Below, piece by piece: positions 30,092 to 39,450 of a stretch of 64,000 nt of DNA. Position numbers and translations under genes: made by a program. Source of the DNA: Gammaproteobacteria bacterium (GTDB taxonomy: Bacteria; Pseudomonadota; Gammaproteobacteria; JABHGC01); assembly GCA_027077805.1 (NCBI GenBank), contig JALWTS010000029.1, forward strand, positions 3,792 through 67,791, written 5' to 3'. Numbering within the stretch: position 1 is the first letter of the stretch; each line of letters opens with the position of its first letter. The notes beneath the pieces are model-generated. The model had not been told where the DNA came from and did not search any database. It saw nothing but the letters and a program-made list of their open reading frames with translations.

Positions 30092-31231
30092 ATGGACATA
30101 CCATTATTACTCAAGGCATTAGCCATGGTTGCTTTTGCGTCAATAGTGATTATGTATCTATGTGAGTCATTTGATTCAGCGGCAGGATATTTAGGACGTA
30201 ATATGGCACCAGGGATTAAAGGTGCCACGATTAATGCCGTGGGTTCATCTATGCCAGAACTTTTGACGACTATGGCATTTTTATTTTTATACCGAGATGT
30301 CGCGGGTTTTTCAGCGGGGGTTGCAACCGCCGCAGGTTCTGCGGTATTTAATGGTTTAATCATCCCTGCGGTTTGTATTTTAGTTGTCGCCATGAAAGGC
30401 GTGCAACAAAAAGATGGGAGTTATAAAGTGATTGACCATTTTTCGATTGGTCGTCATACCATTTTACGGGATGGTTTCTGGTTAATTGTAGGGGAATTAT
30501 TATTAATTTACTTCTTAGGGGATACTACCTTAACATGGGTGACAGGAGCGAGTTTATTAATGATTTATGTGGGGTATTTTATCCATTTGATGATTGATAA
30601 CAAACGTCATGCGGTAGAATCAGTCGAATCAGATGAGGATGACGATGAGGATGATGAAGAAAAAAGTTTTATCAAAGCCTTATTCACCTTAGATTTTCAT
30701 CATATTTTATTTAGTAACCGACCCTTTAATGATTTTAGAGCTTGGGTGGTATTAGTTTTTGCGACTTTAGGATTATCATTAGCCTGTTGGGCGTTAGCCG
30801 AAGCAGTCATTATGGCAGCAAAGGCTTTAAACATTCCTGCCTATTTTACCGCAGTGGTATTAGCCGCCGCGGCAACGAGTGTCCCTGATACCATTTTATC
30901 CTTGCAAGATGCCAAAAAAGGGGATTATGATGATGCGGTATCCAATGCCTTAGGCTCAAATATTTTTGATATTGCCGTGTCATTAGGTCTCCCTTTGTTT
31001 TTATATTCATTGTTCTTCGGTGCGGTAGAATTAAAACATGCCACAGGTGAATCGGCTGCAGACGTCCAAGAATTACGAATTATCTTACTTGGTGTGACTG
31101 TGGTCTTAGCGATTACCTTATTTTTAAGAGCGACGAAAATCACTAAATCGGTTGGATGGTTTTTATTAGCATTATATGGGGTATGGATGGGATGGATTGT
31201 TTGGTCGGTTTTAGGGAGAACGGCGACATAA
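30092..31231 (+). CDS. Sodium:calcium antiporter (CaCA family)
   Basis: Alpha repeats GSSMPEL and ATSVPD...GSNIFD; acidic loop ESDEDDDEDDEE. Confidence 0.88.
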   Translation: MDIPLLLKALAMVAFASIVIMYLCESFDSAAGYLGRNMAPGIKGATINAVGSSMPELLTTMAFLFLYRDVAGFSAGVATAAGSAVFNGLIIPAVCILVVAMKGVQQKDGSYKVIDHFSIGRHTILRDGFWLIVGELLLIYFLGDTTLTWVTGASLLMIYVGYFIHLMIDNKRHAVESVESDEDDDEDDEEKSFIKALFTLDFHHILFSNRPFNDFRAWVVLVFATLGLSLACWALAEAVIMAAKALNIPAYFTAVVLAAAATSVPDTILSLQDAKKGDYDDAVSNALGSNIFDIAVSLGLPLFLYSLFFGAVELKHATGESAADVQELRIILLGVTVVLAITLFLRATKITKSVGWFLLALYGVWMGWIVWSVLGRTAT

Positions 31232-31545
31232 AGCCTAATGGTTTATTTTATCCATTCAATATTTAAAAGAGGTGGGCTTAATAAAAATAGTTATCATACG
31301 CTTATTATTACTAGGTTTCACCTCCGTATTTTGCCTGACAATGCCATCAAAAAACCCAGTGTCATCTTAGAGTCGGCAACCATTTTTAGGAGCGGTATTC
31401 CCATGATTTATGGTCGATAATCGTTCGAAATTTCGATAGGAAGGTGATTTCATGCACAATATTCTTCTAGTCAGCAATCTGACGATTTTAGCGATCAAGA
31501 ATTATTAAATACTAAAACAGTGATTTTCAAGTGAGAATCGATTAT

Positions 31546-31962
31546 TTACTTATCTTCAATAGAAAGTGCCTCGATAATGGGGCAATTATCAATGGCGTAT
31601 TCCGCACCTTTGCATTTTCCAATCATCTCATTGAGTGCGGATTTTAACCGCTGTAGGTCATCAATTTTTTGTTGCACGGCACTTGCTTGTAACATGGCCA
31701 TTGCTTTCACTTCACCACAGTAATGGTTTGGTTCATCGACAAACGTCAGTAACTCAGTGATTTGCTTAAGACTAAAGCCTAAGCCACGGCAACGACGAAT
31801 AAAATTCAGTCGCTTGACATGCGGTAACGTATAAATTCTATGTCCTCCATACGTTCGTGGTGGCTCTGGCATGAGTCCTGATTTCTCATAATAATGTATT
31901 GTTTCTACTTTGCATCTTGCACGTTTGGCAAGTTGCCCTATGCTAAATTTAGCCGAATTCAT
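31546..31962 (-). CDS. MerR-family metal-responsive regulator (Hg/Cd/Pb type)
   Basis: SIGQLAK...VETIHYYE HTH; three sensing Cys (YCGEV, KCKG, NCPII). Confidence 0.9.
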   Translation of the reverse strand: MNSAKFSIGQLAKRARCKVETIHYYEKSGLMPEPPRTYGGHRIYTLPHVKRLNFIRRCRGLGFSLKQITELLTFVDEPNHYCGEVKAMAMLQASAVQQKIDDLQRLKSALNEMIGKCKGAEYAIDNCPIIEALSIEDK

Positions 31963-31974
31963 TTTAAAACGCCC

Positions 31975-32005
31975 TTGAATCTGTAGTTACTATAGGTTGT
32001 AGTAT
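31975..32005 (+). promoter_or_regulatory. MerR-type promoter with 19-bp spacer and dyad operator
   Basis: TTGAAT (31975-31980), 19 bp, TAGTAT (32000-32005); spacer holds CTGTAGT-T-ACTATAG, resembling CadR/PbrR operators. Confidence 0.85.
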
Positions 32006-32017
32006 AGTCAATATGAG

Positions 32018-32269
32018 ATGAAAAGAGAAAACGTGATGATGGAAATAATTGCTGAGTCAGAATTGACCTGTCCAGAGTGTGGGCATAAAACGATACTGAC
32101 AATGCCAACGGAGGCTTGTCAATGGTTTTATGAATGCTTGAACTGTCAGGCATTGTTAACGCCAAAAAAAGGGGATTGCTGTGTTTTTTGTTCGTATGGT
32201 TCCGTCCCTTGTCCGCCCATACAATTAGAGAGATTGGGTATCGAGAAAGGCGGGTGTGGTTGTGGATAA
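32018..32269 (+). CDS. GDCCVxC-domain Cys-rich metal-binding protein
   Basis: CPECGH...MPTEACQWFYEC..C...GDCCVFCSYGSVPCPP. Confidence 0.85.
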   Translation: MKRENVMMEIIAESELTCPECGHKTILTMPTEACQWFYECLNCQALLTPKKGDCCVFCSYGSVPCPPIQLERLGIEKGGCGCG

Positions 32270-32639
32270 ACCCTATTTACGCTGGCTGACGCTTTTTATA
32301 ACCAGTAGTACTTTATTGTGTTGTGCCTTACCTGTCTTATTAGTGTCATTGGGTTTTGGGGCAGTGGTTGCCAGTTTAAATTACAACATACCTGGGCTGG
32401 TATTTTTAGCCGAGCATAAACTATGGACACTGAGCTTGTCTGCCTTTCTGCTTATGTTTCTTGCATGGGTGATATGGCGACCTAATCAAAGTTGCCCCGC
32501 AAACCCTGAATTAGCTGTTCATTGCCAAACGGCCAAACTTTGGAACAAACGAGTATTTTGGCTGAGTGTCGTTATTTGGAGCGTGGGATTTTTCTTTAGC
32601 ATATTGTTGTTGCCATTACGGCAATTTTTTAATTTCTAA
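32256..32639 (+). CDS. MerT-like heavy-metal transport membrane protein
   Basis: TLLCCALP in TM1, loop CPANPELAVHC, three TM helices. Confidence 0.75.
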   Translation: MVVDKPYLRWLTLFITSSTLLCCALPVLLVSLGFGAVVASLNYNIPGLVFLAEHKLWTLSLSAFLLMFLAWVIWRPNQSCPANPELAVHCQTAKLWNKRVFWLSVVIWSVGFFFSILLLPLRQFFNF

Positions 32640-32664
32640 TTTCTAATTTTTCAGGAGTGTCAAA

Positions 32665-32970
32665 ATGAAACCAAAAAGTATGTTAGCGATGATTTTGTTT
32701 TTTATGGTGATAACATCCACTGCCAATGCAAGAACCGTCGAAATTGATGTGTATGGAATGACTTGTGCATTTTGCGTGGATAGTCTGGAACGAAACTTTG
32801 GACAAATGAGACATATCTCCAAAGTGGAAGTCAGTTTGAAAAATAAAAAGATTCGCCTGGAAACCGATAGTGCTTTGCCAACGATTGAAACCATTAAACA
32901 GACCGTTTTAGAGGCAGGATTTACCCCCATAAATGTTGAAGTAATAAGTGATGGGGATGGTAAGAAATAA
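32665..32970 (+). CDS. MerP-like periplasmic HMA-domain protein
   Basis: Signal peptide; GMTCAFC; AGF turn. Confidence 0.85.
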   Translation: MKPKSMLAMILFFMVITSTANARTVEIDVYGMTCAFCVDSLERNFGQMRHISKVEVSLKNKKIRLETDSALPTIETIKQTVLEAGFTPINVEVISDGDGKK

Positions 32971-33682
32971 AATATTGTGGTCAGTATTGGTTTTTCTTAG
33001 TTTCGATGTGATAGACAGTGCTTATAGTATGGGCTTACGTTCATTTGTGGCACTGCCCGTTGAGAAAGAAGGTGTCGTCATAAGGTTGGCATTTGAACAG
33101 ACAAAAGACAATGGGACTGAGAATCTCACCACTAGCATGGCTTATGGTTTAAGCTCTAATCAAACCTTGCTATTGAGTTTACCTTATCGAATATCCCCTG
33201 CGGGGGATAATCGACAAGGCGATCTATCGGCACTGTATCGTCATATGGCATGGCAACAGGATAAGCCATCCGGTACCAATCGTTTTGGATGGCTCGGAGG
33301 TGTGGTTGTGCCAACAGAGAATGATAGAGACGCGGCTATTCAGGCTGGCTTTGTTTTTACGCATGTAAAAAATCGACATGAAATTGATATGGATGCCTTG
33401 TATCAATCAGGCAGTCATCACCGTTTGGATAGGAGTCGCTATGATATTTCTTGGCAATACCGACTGTTTCCATCGGAATACCCTGAATGGGGGGTTGGTC
33501 AAGAATTCAATAGTGTATTGGAATTAAACGGTCGTTGGGTTGAGGGAAATAACGTCACACATCAACTGACTATTGGTTTGCAATGGATTCATCAAAAATT
33601 GGTGATGGAGGGGGGCATTGTCCAAGATATCAATAACCATGAAGAAACAAGGGTGATACTAAGCACAAGGTTTCATTTTTAA
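32948..33682 (+). CDS. Putative outer-membrane beta-barrel protein
   Basis: Signal peptide, alternating amphipathic strands, C-terminal Phe (STRFHF). Confidence 0.6.
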   Translation: MMGMVRNKILWSVLVFLSFDVIDSAYSMGLRSFVALPVEKEGVVIRLAFEQTKDNGTENLTTSMAYGLSSNQTLLLSLPYRISPAGDNRQGDLSALYRHMAWQQDKPSGTNRFGWLGGVVVPTENDRDAAIQAGFVFTHVKNRHEIDMDALYQSGSHHRLDRSRYDISWQYRLFPSEYPEWGVGQEFNSVLELNGRWVEGNNVTHQLTIGLQWIHQKLVMEGGIVQDINNHEETRVILSTRFHF

Positions 33683-34178
33683 TCTAAAAAAAACTATCAA
33701 CCTGCCATTGCGAAATGGCTAAAATGTATTTTTATCACATTATGCCTAGCATATTCGGGCTACCACATTCAAATCGTCTTGCCGTTTTAGCCATTTTCCA
33801 ATCTCTTTTGCTATAGTCGTATAAAGTTTCAATCATATGCCAACCATATTGTGGTAGATTTTTTGCGATAGTGTTATTAATCGTTTCATTTAAGAATAAT
33901 CCTCAACAAGGAGTCTTTAATGTCAAGAAAATCTCACTGGATATTGGGTTTTCTATTGCTAATGATTAGCACTTACCATTTTGCGAAAGGACAAGTATGG
34001 CAATCCTTAGAACAAATGGACGCATTAAAACATAGTGAAAGTTTTTCGTTGTCGAGGTTGAATGTTACAATATCAATAAAGCGAATGATTGGAACCATTT
34101 GCCCATTAAGTTAAAAAATAGGCCGAATAGGCAGGTTTCGGTTTAAACAGCCGAAACTAAACAAAAAGGAATCTAGTT

Positions 34179-34769
34179 ATGTCATTGATACAAAACAAAG
34201 ACGGTATGACAAGCGAAGAAGATTATTTACTTTGCGAGAAAACGAGTGATATTAAGCATGAATATATTGATGGATATGTTTATGCAATGGCGGGTGCGAG
34301 TGAAAATCATAATGTCATCACAAGAAATGTATTAGTTGAGATGAGTAATCAACTTAAAAATATTGGCTCATCTTGTAAAACCTTTGCGTCTGATATGAAA
34401 GTAAGAGTGACAAACAAATTTTTTTATCCTGATGTTATGGTGGTTTGTGATAAAGATGAGAATGATGATATCTATTATGTCAATTCACCAAGAATTATTG
34501 TTGAAGTCTTGTCCGATTCAACTCGAAAGAAAGATACTTCTCAAAAAAGACTACTTTATTTTAATATTCCATCACTTAAAGAGTATGTTCTTATTGAACA
34601 AGATATTTGTCAAATTGAAGTTTTTAGCAGAGATAAGCATTGGGCATCCGATTTTTATTATTTAGGTGAGGAAGTGACGTTTCATTCTATTGGTGTGAGT
34701 ATTTTGGTAGAAGATATTTACTACCAAGTAGAAAATCAAAATATCTTTGCGTATTTAGAACAGAAGTAG
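34179..34769 (+). CDS. Uma2-family (DUF820) endonuclease-fold protein
   Basis: HEYIDGYVYAMAGAS, YPDVMVVC, IVEVLSDST, IPSLKEYVLIEQ. Confidence 0.9.
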   Translation: MSLIQNKDGMTSEEDYLLCEKTSDIKHEYIDGYVYAMAGASENHNVITRNVLVEMSNQLKNIGSSCKTFASDMKVRVTNKFFYPDVMVVCDKDENDDIYYVNSPRIIVEVLSDSTRKKDTSQKRLLYFNIPSLKEYVLIEQDICQIEVFSRDKHWASDFYYLGEEVTFHSIGVSILVEDIYYQVENQNIFAYLEQK

Positions 34770-34885
34770 TGCTTTACTTAAATTCTCATAATCACGATGG
34801 GGCAAAAGCAGCGGCTGAATTGATTTCGGCCATGAAATAAAATTGTAAAGTAATCTAATGTAAAGTAATTTCATTGATTAAGTGA

Positions 34886-35167
34886 ATGGATACCAGCACC
34901 CAATCAACCCATTTAAAACTGAAAGTTATCCCTAATTCCGCCAAATCAGTGATTATTGGCTGGTTAGGTGATGTTTTGAAAGTCAAAGTATCCGCATCCC
35001 CTGAAAAAGGTAAAGCAAATTTCGCAGTGGAAGTATTGATTAGCGAGGCATTAGGCTTATCGAAAGGGGACGTTAAAATTACTTCAGGGCGGACATCTCC
35101 AAAAAAAATTATTGAAATTCAAGGCTTATCCCAAGAAGAAATTTGTCAACGCTTGCAATTGTCCTAA
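34886..35167 (+). CDS. yggU: DUF167/YggU family protein
   Basis: LKVIPNS, LKVKVSASPEKGKAN, ITSGRTSPKK. Confidence 0.85.
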   Translation: MDTSTQSTHLKLKVIPNSAKSVIIGWLGDVLKVKVSASPEKGKANFAVEVLISEALGLSKGDVKITSGRTSPKKIIEIQGLSQEEICQRLQLS

Positions 35168-35183
35168 TCATTATTCTAACATT

Positions 35184-35212
35184 TAGGAGTTATCAACTAT
35201 TAATAACTCCTA
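35184..35212. terminator. Probable bidirectional terminator
   Basis: TAGGAGTTAT / ATAACTCCTA stem between convergent genes, with flanking T runs. Confidence 0.65.
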
Positions 35213-35237
35213 TTTTATTTAAATGGTCATAAATTAA

Positions 35238-35558
35238 TTACTGTGTCTGAGCCTTATTTTGTTTATTTGAATTAGCATCTGCTTGTCCAATCACTAATAT
35301 GGAACGATTTTTATTAACAGTCGCATTGCCAATGCCTTTGACTTTGGTTAAATCATCTAATGATTGAAATGGTCCATGTTTGGCTCGATAAACTACAATG
35401 GCTTGAGCTTTTTTCTCGCCAACGCCTTTCATTTGTTCGGCGAGAACTAAAGCACTTGCGGTATTAACGTTAATGCCACTGGCTAAGGCAAATTGACTAG
35501 AAAGACTTAAGAATAAAGCAATAATAACCGATACGACAGATTTTGATACGATTTTCAT
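35238..35558 (-). CDS. comEA: ComEA-family HhH DNA-binding protein
   Basis: Signal peptide; INVNTAS, GVGEKKAQAIV, LTKVKGIG. Confidence 0.9.
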   Translation of the reverse strand: MKIVSKSVVSVIIALFLSLSSQFALASGINVNTASALVLAEQMKGVGEKKAQAIVVYRAKHGPFQSLDDLTKVKGIGNATVNKNRSILVIGQADANSNKQNKAQTQ

Positions 35559-35839
35559 AAGAGTTCTCCAAAAATAAATATAAAGAGTAAGTAATCGTCA
35601 GTGAGTGATGTTTAATCATTCTTGCGATTCATTGAGGAATATCTTATCAAATATTTTTTTGCTAGGATGTCGGATAAGGATGAAACGTTTGTAGGAATTT
35701 TCGGATAGTTTTTTGAAGTTTGATTAATCAAAAAAACTGCCGATTCAAAAATCAACATACATAGAACATAGAATAAAATAAAATTTCTTTAAATTATAAG
35801 CCGTTTAAGGTTTTAAGCGAGGGAACTCATCGAAAATTG

Positions 35840-36940
35840 TCAAACCATTGCTTTTAAAATCATCTCAATTTTTTCATGATATTCAATTTTATGAAACCAA
35901 TCCTGCGGCCAAACGTTGGCACCATGATAGGCACCAACAAAAGCCCCGGTTAAACAAGCAATAGAATCCGAATCACCACGAGTGACGACGGCACGATTTA
36001 ATGCGTTGAGTGGTTGTTCAGGGTAAAGTAAAAAGCATAATAATCCTGTCGCAAAGGCTTCTTCTGCTACCCAACCCTCACCTGTTAATTCACAAGGGTC
36101 CGTATTTGAGGGATAGGGTTTGGTTATAGCCGTTTTAACTTTTTCTAAAATCGCTTCACATTCTTGCCAGCCTCTCGCAATATAGTCTTTGGCCGAAGAC
36201 GTATAAGAGCGTTGCCATAAATTGCCTAACCAGTCATAATGGTAATGGTTTTTTTGGGTATTAATATAGTCATTTAAGGTAGCTAATAAGGCAGTTGGGT
36301 TAAGTGGGGCATCTGTGTTTAATAGGGTTTGCATGGTGAAGCAAGTTAAGTCACTGGCGACTAATGCGGTTGGATGACCGTGCGTAAATCCTGCTTGATA
36401 TTGTGCGATGGCGTAGCGATCACTGGGTATTTTAAAATATTTATCGGGAATTAAGGCAATCGGGGTAACTCGCATATTAGCACCACAACCTTTGGATTCT
36501 TGTATGGTTGCCTGTTGCCAAGCAATCGGTTGTTCTAGGTTGGCACAGGCTTTAAGGCAAGTCATGCCAGGTGCCCTCGTATTATCAGGTGAATGAGACC
36601 ATTCAATAAAATGTTTTCTAATGCTAGATTCGAGTCGTTGAGGTGTGAAGGTCGTGCCATTGCCGTTACGCTTATTATTTTGTTGAATAACACTTAGCAT
36701 GGCATCGGCAAGGGCTAAACTCATTTGAGTATCATCCGTGACGTAGGCAATCTCACCTTCTAAATTTTCGGGCCCATTGGGGGGATAATTATTCAAAATA
36801 TTTTCTACGGTACTGAATTCTACGAGTCCACCTAAGGCATCTCCAAATGCGGCACCATAAAAACAACCATTCATCTTATCGGCAAAATTCACTGTCTTCC
36901 CCTTCAACTTGCTTATTAAAATTCGAGTTGTTCCCGTCAA
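35840..36940 (-). CDS. ADP-ribosylglycohydrolase (DraG/ARH family)
   Basis: GAAFGDALG, VTDDTQM, GCGANMR, THGHP, GDSDSIACLTGA; start uncertain. Confidence 0.9.
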   Translation of the reverse strand: MTGTTRILISKLKGKTVNFADKMNGCFYGAAFGDALGGLVEFSTVENILNNYPPNGPENLEGEIAYVTDDTQMSLALADAMLSVIQQNNKRNGNGTTFTPQRLESSIRKHFIEWSHSPDNTRAPGMTCLKACANLEQPIAWQQATIQESKGCGANMRVTPIALIPDKYFKIPSDRYAIAQYQAGFTHGHPTALVASDLTCFTMQTLLNTDAPLNPTALLATLNDYINTQKNHYHYDWLGNLWQRSYTSSAKDYIARGWQECEAILEKVKTAITKPYPSNTDPCELTGEGWVAEEAFATGLLCFLLYPEQPLNALNRAVVTRGDSDSIACLTGAFVGAYHGANVWPQDWFHKIEYHEKIEMILKAMV

Positions 36941-37033
36941 TATTTCAATTTTAACGGTTATTATTAATGATTATATGATATGGATTGCTTGTGAGTGAGA
37001 TGGTAATAGGCTTTCATGATATATTTAATTAGT

Positions 37034-37522
37034 TTAATTAACGGTTTGCGTATCAACTTTAATGGTTTCAATGGCTTCTTTAGGCGAAATGCCAGCAAAA
37101 GATATTGACATCATGCCTGGATAATATTTATCCATCGCCATAATACTGCCACTAATAAAGTTATCAATCATCACATGTGATAAATAACTGCCTTCAATAT
37201 CAATACCGATTTTATATCGAACTTCACCATCATCCATATCCATTTCAAAATTACCCACACCTAAGCCATAGTTAATACGAGTTAAATATTCCGCAATATC
37301 TTTTCTACGATTTTCAGGAATATTATTAGGCGAGATCACATAAAGAATAAATAAATCTTTTTCTTCTTTCGCAATAAATAACAAACGAAATGAAGCATTT
37401 TCACCTTTTACGCCACATTGAATCACATCCATCTCATCCAATTTTTCAAAATGCCATTCGTTATCGACCAAATAAGCCTCAACTGTTGTCAAAATGTCTT
37501 CAGGTTTATTGGTATTTTCCAT
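37034..37522 (-). CDS. YbjN-domain protein
   Basis: IAEYLTRINYGLGVGNFEMDMDDGEVRYK. Confidence 0.8.
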   Translation of the reverse strand: MENTNKPEDILTTVEAYLVDNEWHFEKLDEMDVIQCGVKGENASFRLLFIAKEEKDLFILYVISPNNIPENRRKDIAEYLTRINYGLGVGNFEMDMDDGEVRYKIGIDIEGSYLSHVMIDNFISGSIMAMDKYYPGMMSISFAGISPKEAIETIKVDTQTVN

Positions 37523-37699
37523 ACTGATCTCCTAAATATTGCGGGTGAAAATAATTTGTTGCGAAATTGAATCCGCTCATTATATTAAATAAACGCTCCG
37601 ATAGCATTAATGACAACAAAAAAATTTAGCTATACTCAAAATGAATATTAATCATTTTTGGGTATATGGAGGGGTGTGATGGAATGACAACAAAAGGGA

Positions 37700-38224
37700 G
37701 CAGAGGCATTTGTTCCTGTGAATTGGAAAGCCCATCATGAACCTAAAAATTGTTGGTTATCACAAGGCTATGATATTATTGCCGAAAAAACGCTTGCCGT
37801 CAATACGAACTTTTTAGTTAAACAATTATGAGTTAGCACCATTTCAAGCAACGCAATTACCACTGAATCAAACGATGGCAGTATTGATTGATAGTTCTTA
37901 TAGCATGAATCAAGTCAGTGCTGAATTAACCCAAACCATGCAACAACTGCAAGATGCGATGGCAGGACAAGTGAATTTGGATTTTTTTCAATTAGGTAAC
38001 AACCCTAAAGCAATGACCCATTCTTAGAAATGTTAAAACAATGGCAGGATTTAATGCCTGATAATAAAGATTATTTCGCCGTAATATTCGTAACGGATCA
38101 AGGTTTTTATGACGCAAAAGAAACTATTGAGTTAAATGAATTAAGTTTAGCAAATCACCCGCCATTTTGGTTATTACATTTAGGCGATAAACCCGCTTAT
38201 GCCCTGAAGAGTGGGCGTTGTTAA
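37700..38224 (+). pseudogene. Fragmented vWA-domain gene (resembles the C-terminal part of TIGR02921-type proteins)
   Basis: MAVLIDSSYSM MIDAS from 37875, a stop, then frameshifted AVIFVTDQGFY...FWLLHLG. Confidence 0.5.
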
Positions 38225-38289
38225 TGGTGGTGTTTATTCTAATGAGTAGCAGTTATTTACGCCAGCGGTTGATTAAAACGTGAATAAAT

Positions 38290-38778
38290 TTAATCTTCTA
38301 TCTCCATATGTAATAGTTGTTTTATCGTTTCAGCAACGTTTGCTATTTGCGTTCGAGTGAGTAATTGACTCCTATGTTCAACCCCATAACTATCCGTCAT
38401 CACTAAGCGATAACGCACACCTGTTTTTCTCATCTCACTTAAGGTATGAATAGTGAACGTTTCATCTCTACTAATATAGCGAGTTCTTTCGGGAAAAGCA
38501 TAGGTAATGCGAATGGTGTAGTCATTCGTATCTAAGCGATAAAAATAACCCCAACTATCATGGTAAAAATAACGTAAAGAAAGCAAAGCGAATGGTAATA
38601 CCATTATCAATGATGTTTGTTTAGAATAAGTCCCTAATGATGAAAATTCAGCTCGTCGATATTGTTTCGAACTGAGTAGCGAGAAAACCATCACTGAAAG
38701 TATCACAACTATGGAAGAAAAGAGTATAAAATAAACAAAGTAGTGATGGGTTGGAATCGTTAATATATTGGTTTCCAT
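38290..38778 (-). CDS. Hypothetical 2-TM protein with soluble C-terminal domain
   Basis: 162-aa ORF with two hydrophobic segments. Confidence 0.6.
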   Translation of the reverse strand: METNILTIPTHHYFVYFILFSSIVVILSVMVFSLLSSKQYRRAEFSSLGTYSKQTSLIMVLPFALLSLRYFYHDSWGYFYRLDTNDYTIRITYAFPERTRYISRDETFTIHTLSEMRKTGVRYRLVMTDSYGVEHRSQLLTRTQIANVAETIKQLLHMEIED

Positions 38779-38941
38779 CGTTTTTTTATATCAGTACAAA
38801 ATTTCTTTTATGACGACAGGACAAGCATCCGCATCTCCCCATATTTTCAATTAGAAAACTCCTTAGCTTTTAGAAATATGTCGGAATCCTATCACAATAA
38901 TGGCGCTTATCACAAGCCAGTCCGCAAGGCGTGGCATTCGT

Positions 38942-39349
38942 TTAATGCCACTTCACCAACCCCGCAGTCCTAGCTTCTTCATTCGTCAGAATCTTTTCCT
39001 CAATCACTCGCCACACATCATCGGCTTCTTTTTCTAACACAATTAGTAATGGATTTTCATGTTCTTTGCCTTCCTTATCGGTTAAATATTCAATGGCAGT
39101 AAATTTAATTAGCGAATCAGAATCTGCTTTGACGGCATTGATATAGTATCGTACTGAGCTTACGGTATCATTGGCAAATTGTTGTGTGAGTTGATTCCGC
39201 CAGAAATGGTAATCAATAGAGTCAAAATCGGCCAGACCAAACACTTTCACTTGTTTTGAGATAAGGTTCATATGTGCGTCTAGGTCACGTTTTTCTAAAG
39301 TTTCACAACAGGCTAATGACCATGCTTGGGCGATTTCGGCGGGATTCAT
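38942..39349 (-). CDS. NTF2/SnoaL-like protein
   Basis: DLDAHMNLIS...LEKEADDVWRVIEE pattern. Confidence 0.7.
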   Translation of the reverse strand: MNPAEIAQAWSLACCETLEKRDLDAHMNLISKQVKVFGLADFDSIDYHFWRNQLTQQFANDTVSSVRYYINAVKADSDSLIKFTAIEYLTDKEGKEHENPLLIVLEKEADDVWRVIEEKILTNEEARTAGLVKWH

Positions 39350-39450
39350 TTATTTTTACCACTGGTTTTCATGATTAGGAAGTTTTTATGTTAGCGAGTA
39401 TGACTCGCACTTGCAAGTGTGGCATTCACAAAAACCATTGGCCACTTCAG

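Noticed and set aside
33920-34114. 64-aa ORF with good RBS and signal-like start
   Set aside because: Possibly a truncated gene, but no family is recognisable, so no product is assigned.
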